Shown: piece after piece, positions 37,783 through 46,792 of the stretch
Numbering within the stretch: position 1 is the stretch's first letter
How the letters are laid out: the number at the start of each line of letters is the position of its first letter
Source: Candidatus Bathyarchaeota archaeon
GTDB taxonomy: Archaea > Thermoproteota > Bathyarchaeia > Bathyarchaeales > Bathycorpusculaceae
Assembly (NCBI GenBank): GCA_963832745.1
Contig: CAWHVC010000003.1
Coordinates: 480,001-544,000, forward strand
Reading direction: 5' to 3'
Length of the DNA: 64,000 nucleotides
Made by a program: the position numbers and the translations under genes
Notes under the pieces: generated by a model
Seen by the model: only the letters and a program-made list of their open reading frames with translations
Told to the model about the DNA's origin: nothing
The model's database searches: none

Positions 37783-38796
37783 ATGGGACATCGAAAAGTT
37801 CATGCTCCAAGACATGGTTCACTAGCTTATTTACCTAGGAAACGGGCTAAAAGCCCAGTAGCCAGAATACGCTATTGGCCAGAAATTAAATCAGATTCTC
37901 CTAGGCTTTTAGGATTTGCAGCTTACAAAGCTGGTATGACATACATTTTCACAATTGAGGACAAGAAACGTTCACCTCATTTTGGAAAAGAAGTCATGAA
38001 AGCGGCATCTATACTAGAAACGCCGCCTATCCTGATTTGTGGCTTTAGAACATACATGAAAACACCATACGGAATGCAAAATATCAGTGAAGTCTGGATG
38101 AAAGAACCCCCAGCAATCCTTAACCGTGCATTGGTTCTGCCAGAAAGCTTTGATACAGAAGCAATGCTGGAAAAAGTCCAGAAAAACTTAGACCAAACAA
38201 TTGCAATCCGTGTAGTTACAGCTACTCAACCCTCACAAACAAGCCTTTCAAGAAAGAAACCTGATATCTCTGAAATCCAAATTGGTGGAGGTAATATCCA
38301 GCAACAATTTGACTATGTGAAACAGCTTTTAGGCAAAACAGTAACGCCTGAAGAAGTATTCAAAGATGGTCAATACGTTGACATTGCTGGCATTACAGTG
38401 GGTAAAGGCTATCAAGGTCCAGTAAAACGTTGGGGTGTAACCAAACTTCAACACAAAGGCCGTAAAACAAAGCGTGGCATTGCCACTTTAGGTCCATGGA
38501 ATCCACACCACCTCATGTACTCAGTTGCACGAGCTGGCCAGATGGGTTACCACCAACGCTTAGAATTTAATAAGCGTATAATGAAAATCGGCAAAGACGG
38601 CAAAGAAGTTACCGTTAAAGGCGGTTACATCCGTTACGGCGAAATCAAAGGACCATACATCATAATCGACGGTAGCGTTCCAGGACCAGAAAAACGTCAA
38701 TTACGTCTCCGTGTTCCTGCACGTCCACCAACTGAAGTCCCAGAAGCACCACCACAAGTAACATATATCTCACTAGAATCTCCACAAGGAAAGTAA
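37783..38796 (+). CDS. rpl3: 50S ribosomal protein L3
   Basis: PRHGSLAYLPRKR, YKAGMT, GKGYQGPVKRWG and AGQMGYHQR. Confidence 0.98.
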   Translation: MGHRKVHAPRHGSLAYLPRKRAKSPVARIRYWPEIKSDSPRLLGFAAYKAGMTYIFTIEDKKRSPHFGKEVMKAASILETPPILICGFRTYMKTPYGMQNISEVWMKEPPAILNRALVLPESFDTEAMLEKVQKNLDQTIAIRVVTATQPSQTSLSRKKPDISEIQIGGGNIQQQFDYVKQLLGKTVTPEEVFKDGQYVDIAGITVGKGYQGPVKRWGVTKLQHKGRKTKRGIATLGPWNPHHLMYSVARAGQMGYHQRLEFNKRIMKIGKDGKEVTVKGGYIRYGEIKGPYIIIDGSVPGPEKRQLRLRVPARPPTEVPEAPPQVTYISLESPQGK

Positions 38797-38807
38797 GGTG
38801 AAACGTC

Positions 38808-39593
38808 ATGTCAGAAAAAACCGCAGAAGTCTTTGACCTACAAGGCAAAGCAACAGGAAAAATTACACTTCCAAGTGTCTTCTCTACGCCAGTAAGACCC
38901 GACGTGATTAAACGTGCAGTGTTGGCAATCCAATCAAACCGTCTCCAACCCCAAGGCAGAGACCCAATGGCTGGAAAACGCACAACCGCAGAATCACGCG
39001 GAACCGGCATGGGCATCGCAAGAGTCCCCCGCATAAAAGGTGGAAGCGGACGAGCATCATTTGCACCAAGCACTGTCGGCGGAAGACAACCACATCCACC
39101 AAAAGCAGAAAAGAAAATCGTTAAAAACATTCCAAGGAAAGAAGCTAAGCTTGCATTAACTTCCGCTATAGCAGCAACTGCTCAAAAAGAAGTTGTTGTT
39201 CTACGCGGTCACAAAGCAGAAAATGCTGTACAAATCCCCTTAATAGTTGATGACGCATTTGAAAACTTAACACGCGCAAAAGATGTTGAAGCAGCATTCA
39301 CCAGCTTAGGCATTGACAGTGACGTTACACGCGTACGTGACAGCCGTAGCGTCCGTGCAGGTAAAGGCAAACGCAGAGGTCGCAAAATGAAGCAAGCCAT
39401 TGGTCCACTCATTGTGGTTGTTGATGGCGTAAACTTGGTTGCAGCTGCAAGCAACATTCCAGGCGTTCAAGTAACAACCGTTTCAAAGCTAAACACTGAA
39501 ATGTTAGCTCCAGGAACACATCCAGGAAGATTAACAGTTTGGACAAACGGTGCCATTGAACAATTAAACACCCTTTACGGAGAAAACGCATAA
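38808..39593 (+). CDS. rpl4: 50S ribosomal protein L4
   Basis: AGKRTTAES, ARVPRI, RAGKGKRRGR and LAPGTHPGRLT. Confidence 0.98.
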   Translation: MSEKTAEVFDLQGKATGKITLPSVFSTPVRPDVIKRAVLAIQSNRLQPQGRDPMAGKRTTAESRGTGMGIARVPRIKGGSGRASFAPSTVGGRQPHPPKAEKKIVKNIPRKEAKLALTSAIAATAQKEVVVLRGHKAENAVQIPLIVDDAFENLTRAKDVEAAFTSLGIDSDVTRVRDSRSVRAGKGKRRGRKMKQAIGPLIVVVDGVNLVAAASNIPGVQVTTVSKLNTEMLAPGTHPGRLTVWTNGAIEQLNTLYGENA

Positions 39594-39853
39594 TGGACAA
39601 TAACGAAGTAATCTTTTATCCACTCATGACTGAATCAGCAAGCATCATGGTGGAAAAAGACAACAAACTACTCTTTGTCGTTAACTTGAAAGCTGGAAAA
39701 GCTGACATCAAGAAAGCTGTCGAAGAACTTTATGAAGTCAAAGTTAGCAAGGTTAACCTGCAAATTACCAGCCAAGGCTTAAAGAAAGCTTATGTAAGGC
39801 TTACTCCAGAATTCAGGGCATCAGACGTAGCAATCAAACTTGGAATACTCTAA
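39593..39853 (+). CDS. rpl23: 50S ribosomal protein L23
   Basis: PLMTE, IKKAVEELYEVKV and KKAYVRL; operon position. Confidence 0.97.
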   Translation: MDNNEVIFYPLMTESASIMVEKDNKLLFVVNLKAGKADIKKAVEELYEVKVSKVNLQITSQGLKKAYVRLTPEFRASDVAIKLGIL

Positions 39854-39875
39854 ACTATTATAGAAGGCATGACTT

Positions 39876-40619
39876 ATGGGAAAACGAATTCGTGTACAAC
39901 GGCGTGGACGCGGTGGACAAAACTTCCGGGCTTCAACTCACAAACGTGTTGCCCCAGCGAAGTATCCATTCGTGAAGTCACCCAAAGAAGTTTACGAAAT
40001 GGTCGTAACTGGCACAATTAATGAACTGGTTCATGACCCCGGACGCGGTTCACCACTTTCACAGATTACACTTGAAAACGGCTTAAGCTATTACAGTATT
40101 GTTCCAGAAGGCGTCTTCACTGGCCAGCAAATCAGCCTTGGCGGAAACGCTTCGGTTGACATCGGCAACATTATGCCTCTTGGAAAAATCACTGAAGGTA
40201 CCTTAGTGTGCGACCTTGAACTTCGTCCAGGTGATGGAGGAAAAATGGCTCGTTCATCAGGCGCTTATGCCACAGTTGTCGGTCACACACCACAAGGCAC
40301 AATGATCCGTCTGCCATCAGGCCGCACAAGATACATTGACGATCACTGCATGGCAACCATCGGTGTAGTCGCAGCTTCAGGTAGAATGGAAAAACCGTTC
40401 CTTAAAGCAGGCGAAAAATTCCACCTAATGAAAGCTAAAGGTCACAAGTATCCAAGAACTAGCGGTCGTAAAATGGTTCCAGCTGTTCACCCCTATGGTA
40501 GCAGCAAACGTAGCGCACGCAGAACAACAACAACTTCACACGGTGCACCTCCAGGACAGAAAGTCGGTTTAATCGCTGCAAGAGGACCAGGACAGAAAAA
40601 GAAACGCGCAATAAGATAA
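39876..40619 (+). CDS. rpl2: 50S ribosomal protein L2
   Basis: MGKRIRVQRRGRG, HDPGR, GDGGKMARSSG and PPGQKVGLIAAR. Confidence 0.98.
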   Translation: MGKRIRVQRRGRGGQNFRASTHKRVAPAKYPFVKSPKEVYEMVVTGTINELVHDPGRGSPLSQITLENGLSYYSIVPEGVFTGQQISLGGNASVDIGNIMPLGKITEGTLVCDLELRPGDGGKMARSSGAYATVVGHTPQGTMIRLPSGRTRYIDDHCMATIGVVAASGRMEKPFLKAGEKFHLMKAKGHKYPRTSGRKMVPAVHPYGSSKRSARRTTTTSHGAPPGQKVGLIAARGPGQKKKRAIR

Positions 40620-40642
40620 AAAAATAAAGGTAAGAATGAAAA

Positions 40643-41050
40643 ATGCCATTAAAAGAATTTAGCTACCGTGGACACAGCCTTCAAAGCCTTGAAGGAATGT
40701 CTATGGATGAATTCATTAACTTGCTTCCGTCAAGACAAAGAAGAAGCTTACAACGCGGCTTAACACCAGAACAACGCATATTGCTAGAAAAACTACGTGT
40801 CGCAAAAGAAGAGCAAAAACAAGGCAAAGAAGTAAACCTCAAAACACATGTACGCGACTTAATCATACTCCCAGAAATGGTGGGTGCAAAAGTCCAAGTA
40901 CACAACGGCAAAGAATTCGTCGCATTCGAAATAAAGCCAGACATGATCGGTCACTATCTTGGCGAGTTCGCTATAACCAACAAACCGGTTAGACACGGAA
41001 CTCCAGGTATCGGTGCATCACGATCATCAATGTATGTGCCGCTAAAGTAA
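40643..41050 (+). CDS. rps19: 30S ribosomal protein S19
   Basis: [30 protein letters not shown] and [12 protein letters not shown]. Confidence 0.98.
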   Translation: MPLKEFSYRGHSLQSLEGMSMDEFINLLPSRQRRSLQRGLTPEQRILLEKLRVAKEEQKQGKEVNLKTHVRDLIILPEMVGAKVQVHNGKEFVAFEIKPDMIGHYLGEFAITNKPVRHGTPGIGASRSSMYVPLK

Positions 41051-41062
41051 GCAGCCCCCAAA

Positions 41063-41095
41063 TCTTTTCTTATTTTTTACTTTTTTCTTGTTTTC
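41063..41095 (+). terminator. Oligo-T terminator of the rpl3-rps19 operon
   Basis: Successive T-tracts immediately after the rps19 stop, typical of archaeal intrinsic terminators. Confidence 0.6.
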
Positions 41096-41250
41096 GCTAT
41101 CTTGTTTGTTTTGTTGATGCTTCTGTATACAGGTCCCAGTTTTCCATCAATTTAGCACTGTTTTTTTAACATGCTAAGGCTTGTTTCTGTGTCTTTACTA
41201 CCTGGGCTCCTTAGTGTTTTGCGGCTTTTAGAAGTTTTTAGGCTGGTTTT

Positions 41251-41301
41251 GACCTACCCTTATAGGTTTCTTCATGCTATTTCTATTAGGATCCAAATAG
41301 G
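41251..41301 (-). promoter_or_regulatory. Copy A of a 51-bp CCTA/TAGG-rich element
   Basis: Reverse complement aligns with 53855-53905. Confidence 0.55.
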
Positions 41302-41373
41302 TTGGTAGCATCATCGTTTTATTGTGGATTTGCATAACCTTCTTTTAATGCCTAAACCTTTAGGTGATTAAGC

Positions 41374-41817
41374 TTGGACTCGCAGGATGAACTTAACGCC
41401 AGCACCTTTCAAACCTACGTGTATCTAGTCAGAATTGGCAGGCCAGTTGGTCCACGTGATGTGATGCGAGGTGCCAACTTGAGCAGCCCCAGCGTAGCTT
41501 ACCGCAACCTGCAAAAACTCATGGATTATGGCTTAATTGTCAAAGACGCATATGGAAATTATGTTGTTAAGGAGAAAGTTGGCTTAAAAGGTCATGTTTG
41601 GATTGGAAAAGCGCTTGTTCCACGTTATTTAGTGTTTGGACTAATTTTTGTAGGGGTTTTGATTGCTGAAATGGTGATTCTGCTGCCACACCTGCTTGTT
41701 GGCGCTTCAGTGGAAGGCGGGTTTTGGCTTATGATACTCTTAACCATTATTACGGCTGCCATTTTTTTAACTGACGGCTTGAATTACAGGAAAAAACCCA
41801 AACAACCAGCACAATAA
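41374..41817 (+). CDS. Membrane-anchored winged-HTH regulator (wHTH plus two TM)
   Basis: GPRDVMRGANLSSPSVAYRNLQKLMDYGLI followed by two hydrophobic helices. Confidence 0.85.
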   Translation: MDSQDELNASTFQTYVYLVRIGRPVGPRDVMRGANLSSPSVAYRNLQKLMDYGLIVKDAYGNYVVKEKVGLKGHVWIGKALVPRYLVFGLIFVGVLIAEMVILLPHLLVGASVEGGFWLMILLTIITAAIFLTDGLNYRKKPKQPAQ

Positions 41818-41825
41818 ACGTAAAA

Positions 41826-43358
41826 GTGCTGGTAGGAAGAATTAAAAACCCTGACAAGACCTTTCTAGTAGAGGTTTTTTTGTCACAAACAGTTTTTTCA
41901 CATACAGATGGATACCGAAAAGAGGTTTTGCTTGTTTTTCCTGGTAAATTTAAAGCATCTGACCCGCAAGTGCCGCTTTCAATTTTGCATATTGCAGCTG
42001 CTCTTAAGCAGGAAGGTTATACTGTTCGGGTTTTGGATATGCGACTTCAGAATTACCGTGGCTTTAACGTGGGTTCGCCTGTTTTTGTTGGAATAAGTTG
42101 TATGAGTGGCATGCAGGTTCGGTATGCTTTAGATTTTGCTCGGTTTGTTAGGCAACAAAATCCCCATTGTCCTATTGTTTGGGGCGGTATTCATCCAACG
42201 TTGTTACCTGAGCAGACAGCAAGCCATCCCCTTGTCGATGTAGTAGTTCGGGGTGAGGGCGAATTAATTATCAAAGATTTGGCACATAATCTTTTAGACA
42301 AAAAACCCTTAGACGACGTGGCTGGAATAACCTTCAAGTCCGACGACAAAATTCAAAGCAATCCTGACGGGCAAGTAATCAATTTAGATGACTTACCTAT
42401 AGCTTTACCTTGGGATCTACTTTTAACCGAAAAGTACCCGTCAATAAAATCTGGAAGAATTCACATTCAAACAAGTCGAGGTTGTCCCCATCGATGTGGC
42501 TTCTGCTATAATACACTTTTTAATAAGCAAAAATGGCGCGGCAAAACCCCTAAACGAGTACTAGACGAAATTGAATACCTTAATCAAAGGTTTCCGAACA
42601 CAAAAATTATTGACCCAATCGATGACAACTTTTTTGTTGATAAACGCCGGGTTGAAGCAATCTGTAACGGTATTTTGGGCAGGGACTTAAAAATTCAGTG
42701 GCGTGCTAACTGCCGTTTTGATTATCTTTCAGGTTATGATAGGGATTTTCTAAGTCTGCTTGAAAGATCAGGTTGTGTTGAGTTGGATTTTGGCGGCGAA
42801 TCAGGCTCTGATCGTCTTCAGAAGCTTATTTGTAAGGATGTCTCAGCTGAGCAGATGTTGTTGTCTGTTCAAAACTTGAAAGCTTGGGCGCCTACTATTG
42901 AACCATATGTTTCATGGATGAGTGGGTTGCCTGAAGAAAGTGATGATGACCTTTCGAAAACTTTTGATTTGATGGATAAAATGCAGGCTTTAAACCCAAA
43001 AGTGCAACATTACGGAATTTTTGTTTATACACCCTTTCCAAGTCCAATAATTGAAAAGTTACCCAAGGATTATAGGCCACCAAAAACCCTTGAAGAATGG
43101 AGCAATATAGCTGTATTTCATTTTGACCCACCTTGGCATAGCAAAAAACAGCTTTCAAAATTGCACACTATTTCGGCGGTCACACGAATTGCATTTTATC
43201 CAAAAGCTCGAATACAAGAACGTAGCTTAGCTTTCAGGGCAGCTTATGGATTAATAAACAGGATTGCCCGATATCGTTGGCGTCACAGAAACTTTAGCTA
43301 TCCACTGGAATTGACGATTGTGGATGCATTTTCAAGAAAATTTAAGGGATATATGTAG
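41826..43358 (+). CDS. B12-binding domain radical SAM protein
   Basis: VWGGIHPT, VVRGEGE, TSRGCPHRCGFC and DDNFF; true start probably slightly downstream. Confidence 0.92.
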   Translation: MLVGRIKNPDKTFLVEVFLSQTVFSHTDGYRKEVLLVFPGKFKASDPQVPLSILHIAAALKQEGYTVRVLDMRLQNYRGFNVGSPVFVGISCMSGMQVRYALDFARFVRQQNPHCPIVWGGIHPTLLPEQTASHPLVDVVVRGEGELIIKDLAHNLLDKKPLDDVAGITFKSDDKIQSNPDGQVINLDDLPIALPWDLLLTEKYPSIKSGRIHIQTSRGCPHRCGFCYNTLFNKQKWRGKTPKRVLDEIEYLNQRFPNTKIIDPIDDNFFVDKRRVEAICNGILGRDLKIQWRANCRFDYLSGYDRDFLSLLERSGCVELDFGGESGSDRLQKLICKDVSAEQMLLSVQNLKAWAPTIEPYVSWMSGLPEESDDDLSKTFDLMDKMQALNPKVQHYGIFVYTPFPSPIIEKLPKDYRPPKTLEEWSNIAVFHFDPPWHSKKQLSKLHTISAVTRIAFYPKARIQERSLAFRAAYGLINRIARYRWRHRNFSYPLELTIVDAFSRKFKGYM

Positions 43359-43365
43359 TGGTGGT

Positions 43366-43797
43366 TTAGAGGCTGTAGTCTCTGCCTGCTGGTTTTGTGC
43401 TTGGTGGTTTTGCTCCGGCTTCAGGAATCTGCGGCAACGGAATCGGTGGCGGAATATTTAGTGTTCTTGAAATGAGCACTGATTCTATGAAGACAACGTT
43501 CGATATTGACTGAACAATTATTTGTGCGGGAGGTTTTTTCTGTTCAAAATCTTTGAGAACTTTGTCAACTTCGCTTTTTTCGCCATTCACGTAGGCGTTG
43601 CCTTTAATGGTTATCTGCGCAATCGATGGGTTATACGCTATTGAAAGCACGTAAGGGACTTCAAGAGTTTCGTCCTGCTTTTTCTCCATGCCTACAACGT
43701 TAATGTTTGTGTTGATTTGAATAGGTGGTATTGGCTTGCGAATGTCCCAGTAGCGTTCAGCTGAAATGGTTGAAATAACTACGTTTACTCGAAGCAT
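43366..43797 (-). CDS. Conserved archaeal hypothetical protein
   Basis: 143-aa ORF co-oriented with the rps27ae operon; C-terminal LNIPPPIPLP motif. Confidence 0.75.
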   Translation of the reverse strand: MLRVNVVISTISAERYWDIRKPIPPIQINTNINVVGMEKKQDETLEVPYVLSIAYNPSIAQITIKGNAYVNGEKSEVDKVLKDFEQKKPPAQIIVQSISNVVFIESVLISRTLNIPPPIPLPQIPEAGAKPPSTKPAGRDYSL

Positions 43798-43851
43798 GAT
43801 AAATCAAAAAAGAAATAGTGCAGTTGAAAGATTTAAAACTGCTTATCAAAA

Positions 43852-44088
43852 TTATTTCTGCTTGTAGCGTGTAAAGCCGCAGTGACCGCAAGTATATCTG
43901 TCATTGTGGTCTGCCATGAAGTATCCTGGACCGCAACGTTCACAGGTTGGACGTGCACGGCTAACTTTTTCGCCTTCAACCTTGTACATTGTGCTAACGC
44001 CAGTTGCTTTTTTCTTTCCTTTTTCTTTTGGTTTACTTTCAGTTTTTGCACCTTTTGCTGCTGGTGCGGCTGCTTCTGGTTTTGGCAT
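43852..44088 (-). CDS. rps27ae: 30S ribosomal protein S27ae
   Basis: CERCGPGYFMADH...CGHCG zinc ribbon with an A/K-rich N-terminal extension. Confidence 0.95.
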   Translation of the reverse strand: MPKPEAAAPAAKGAKTESKPKEKGKKKATGVSTMYKVEGEKVSRARPTCERCGPGYFMADHNDRYTCGHCGFTRYKQK

Positions 44089-44396
44089 TATGCTTGCGCC
44101 TCTTCTTTAGGTTTTTCAGGATTGTTTCGTTTCCTGATGTATTCTGGCTCTACAACTTGAGCTTGCTCGACACTTTTATAAATGTTAGCAAAACCGTTAG
44201 TGATGCTTGTTCCAGTTAAAGTTTCCATATTTTTTATGTAAACAAGGGTTTCTTTAACTTGCATCTCGTTAGCTACTGCTCTTTTAGCATCAAGTCTTTG
44301 CGGGGTCTTCTCTTTTGGACCTTGCGTTATTGTGAAGCCTACTTCTTTGCGTTTGAGAAGCGGGTTGTCTTTAGTTGATACGATTTTAATCTCCAT
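44088..44396 (-). CDS. rps24e: 30S ribosomal protein S24e
   Basis: NPLLKRKEV, TPQR and EPEYIRKRN; operon position. Confidence 0.94.
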   Translation of the reverse strand: MEIKIVSTKDNPLLKRKEVGFTITQGPKEKTPQRLDAKRAVANEMQVKETLVYIKNMETLTGTSITNGFANIYKSVEQAQVVEPEYIRKRNNPEKPKEEAQA

Positions 44397-44444
44397 GAAT
44401 ATTCACTTGATTCGAGTCTTGATTTCTTACAGGTTTCTTCTTAT

Positions 44445-44993
44445 TTAGCTTTTCGAACAATTTTCCATCGCTTTCAGGAATCCCGAGGCTTCTGACTTCT
44501 TTTCGGGCGAAACTTTAATCAAAACTATGCCTTCATACGGCTGTCCATACACCACGACCGCGTTTTCTGGCGCGTAAAGCACGGCAACAAGCGTTAACAG
44601 GTCTTCCTCGCCGTCAACAACTATGTGGATGTGTTCCCTGCTTTTCAGGGCTTCTTTGACTGCTTCAACAGCTTCCTTGGTGATGGTTCCCTGGGGATTC
44701 TTAACGCTGATTGCCTTTGAAGTGTACATCGTGGGCTGAAACTTTTTGCGCATACATTGATTATCAATAATTGCTACGTCAGGCGGAATTTTGTAGTCGT
44801 GCAAGTTTTTGGTTACAGTGTCGCCTACAGAAATAATTTTTGGTGGGTTCTGGGTTTTGATTTCACGCATTTTTGCCATGGTTTGGTCAAATGAACCTTT
44901 AACCAAAATGCCAAACGGTTTTTTGAGTTTAACTCTGAGTTCAGGAGTGATGGTGTAGATTACTGACATCTGCATGGTACCTGCTGACAACAA
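44445..44993 (-). CDS. GTP-dependent dephospho-CoA kinase (DUF359 family)
   Basis: SVGDTVT, NPQGTI, VDGEEDLL and YGQPYEG. Confidence 0.9.
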   Translation of the reverse strand: MLSAGTMQMSVIYTITPELRVKLKKPFGILVKGSFDQTMAKMREIKTQNPPKIISVGDTVTKNLHDYKIPPDVAIIDNQCMRKKFQPTMYTSKAISVKNPQGTITKEAVEAVKEALKSREHIHIVVDGEEDLLTLVAVLYAPENAVVVYGQPYEGIVLIKVSPEKKSEASGFLKAMENCSKS

Positions 44994-45041
44994 TTACTAA
45001 AAAAACTGTTGAAGTAAAATAGTGAATAAAGTTGGTCCGGG

Positions 45042-45227
45042 TTAGCGGACTTTTAAGGCGTAACGGCCTTTATCTTTAACGCCCATGGCTTTTGCGATTG
45101 CCGAATTTTCAGGATCAAACAATACAACAAGGCCACCGAAATCTTCACTTAAACTGCTGCTTTTACATTTTGGGCAAGCATTTTCCTTAGTTAGAAAATG
45201 GCAGTTTGCGCATGCTTTTTCACTCAT
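45042..45227 (-). CDS. spt4: Transcription elongation factor Spt4 (RpoE2)
   Basis: ACANC...CPKC, SAIAKAMG and GRYALKVR. Confidence 0.95.
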   Translation of the reverse strand: MSEKACANCHFLTKENACPKCKSSSLSEDFGGLVVLFDPENSAIAKAMGVKDKGRYALKVR

Positions 45228-45236
45228 TGCCTATTT

Positions 45237-45812
45237 TCACTCCTCTTTTTTCTCTTTAGCTTCTGGAGCTTTGCCTTGGTCCATTTGGAGCCATTCCAGT
45301 TTGCCAAGGAATGGTTGTCTTGCGGTTACACCGATTTTGCCTGAACTACCTGCTCTGCCCAGTGACACTGCGGTTATGCGAACGCGGACTTGGTCTCCAG
45401 TGGTCAGTTTGCGTTTTGACTCTTTGCCCAGCAGCACACCCTGTTTTTCATCGTATGAGATGAAGTCGTCCATTAGTTGAGAAACGTGTAGCAGTGCGTC
45501 GATTGGACCAATTCTGACGAATGCACCGAAATCAGCGATTTCAACAACGTCTCCTTCAACTACTTCTTGGATTACTGGGTAAAAGGTTAACAGTGAAAAG
45601 TTTACTTTGTGGAATGTTGCTCCGTCGCCTGGAATGATTTTGCCTATTGGGCTTACTTGGAGGCCTGTTACAGCTATAACATAGCCTAATTCTTCATCCA
45701 CAATTCCTTCATATTTCTGTTTTACCTGCTCTCGGCCTACCTTCTCAAGTGGTTTTCCGAAGGTCTCCGGCGGAATGCGGATAGTGTCTTGAAGAGTAAT
45801 TAGTTTGAACAT
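45237..45812 (-). CDS. rpoE1: RNA polymerase subunit Rpo7 (E')
   Basis: IRIPP, PGDGA, FGAFVRIGPIDALLHVSQ and RQPFLGKLEW. Confidence 0.96.
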   Translation of the reverse strand: MFKLITLQDTIRIPPETFGKPLEKVGREQVKQKYEGIVDEELGYVIAVTGLQVSPIGKIIPGDGATFHKVNFSLLTFYPVIQEVVEGDVVEIADFGAFVRIGPIDALLHVSQLMDDFISYDEKQGVLLGKESKRKLTTGDQVRVRITAVSLGRAGSSGKIGVTARQPFLGKLEWLQMDQGKAPEAKEKKEE

Positions 45813-46232
45813 CTACGATATCAACCCGTCAATCTCTAGACGAGATTTTTGTCTCACATAAATCACTGGCAGACTTATATCTCTTAGCCTCTTTTTTAAT
45901 TGCCTGTCGTTGGTAAAAACCGGCGAATTCCAGTCTTGTGCCACTCTAACTATCGCATCGTCAGTTGTAAACTTATCTGAAACAGCAACCGGCACGTACT
46001 TGCATTTTTCTGCAAGTCTAAGCGCAAAATTTGCTTGCCTCCGTAGTTTTGAGGATTCTTTTTTTGCAAGCAATTCCAATTCAGCCTTAACTGGAGAAAG
46101 CAAAATAAATTCCACGTTACGGTTAAGCAGACGCCTTAATTCTTCAAAAACATCTATTTTCAACTCTAAGGGTGCAAACAAAGCGTTTGAATCCATAATT
46201 ACTTTTAAGGGTTGAGGTGATGTTTTTGACAT
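45813..46232 (-). CDS. PIN-domain protein (Fcf1/Utp24-like)
   Basis: VIMDSNAL, TDDAIV and VFTNDRQLKKRL; conserved position upstream of rpoE1. Confidence 0.88.
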   Translation of the reverse strand: MSKTSPQPLKVIMDSNALFAPLELKIDVFEELRRLLNRNVEFILLSPVKAELELLAKKESSKLRRQANFALRLAEKCKYVPVAVSDKFTTDDAIVRVAQDWNSPVFTNDRQLKKRLRDISLPVIYVRQKSRLEIDGLIS

Positions 46233-46330
46233 TTAAGCGCCTACTTAATTGTGTTTTTAATGTTTTTTTGTTTCTTTTCTATACTCTTAATTATGCCGTG
46301 ACTTTAAATACTTCTTAGCTAAAACTTGTT

Positions 46331-46792
46331 TTGTTGTTGGTGAAATTTGTGCTTGGCGAAAAATCTTGTGGTGCCGTAGTTTATCTACAAAAAGGTCCTG
46401 AAACTCTCTATTTGCTGCTTCATTACGAAGCTGGACACTGGGATTTTGTTAAGGGTAACGTGGAAGCAAACGAGACAGAAAAAGACACAGTTGTCCGCGA
46501 ACTTAGAGAAGAAACAGGAATAACTGACGCCCACTTCATAGACAATTTCAGAGAAGAAATAGAGTACTACTATCGCAGGCAAGGGGAAACCGTGCACAAA
46601 GAAGTTATATTTTACCTTATGGAAACAAACACTGAAACAATCACAATCTCTTTTGAACACATCGGTTCAATCTGGCTTAACTATAACCAAGCAATAGAAA
46701 AATTGACGTTTAAAAACGCAAAAGAACTGCTAAAGAAAGCAAACGATTTCTTAAACAAAAAAAATAAAAGCGGCTATTTTATTAAGCCGTAA
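46331..46792 (+). CDS. NUDIX hydrolase, asymmetric Ap4A hydrolase-like
   Basis: HWDFVKGNVEANETEKDTVVRELREETG Nudix box and ISFEH. Confidence 0.9.
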   Translation: MLLVKFVLGEKSCGAVVYLQKGPETLYLLLHYEAGHWDFVKGNVEANETEKDTVVRELREETGITDAHFIDNFREEIEYYYRRQGETVHKEVIFYLMETNTETITISFEHIGSIWLNYNQAIEKLTFKNAKELLKKANDFLNKKNKSGYFIKP

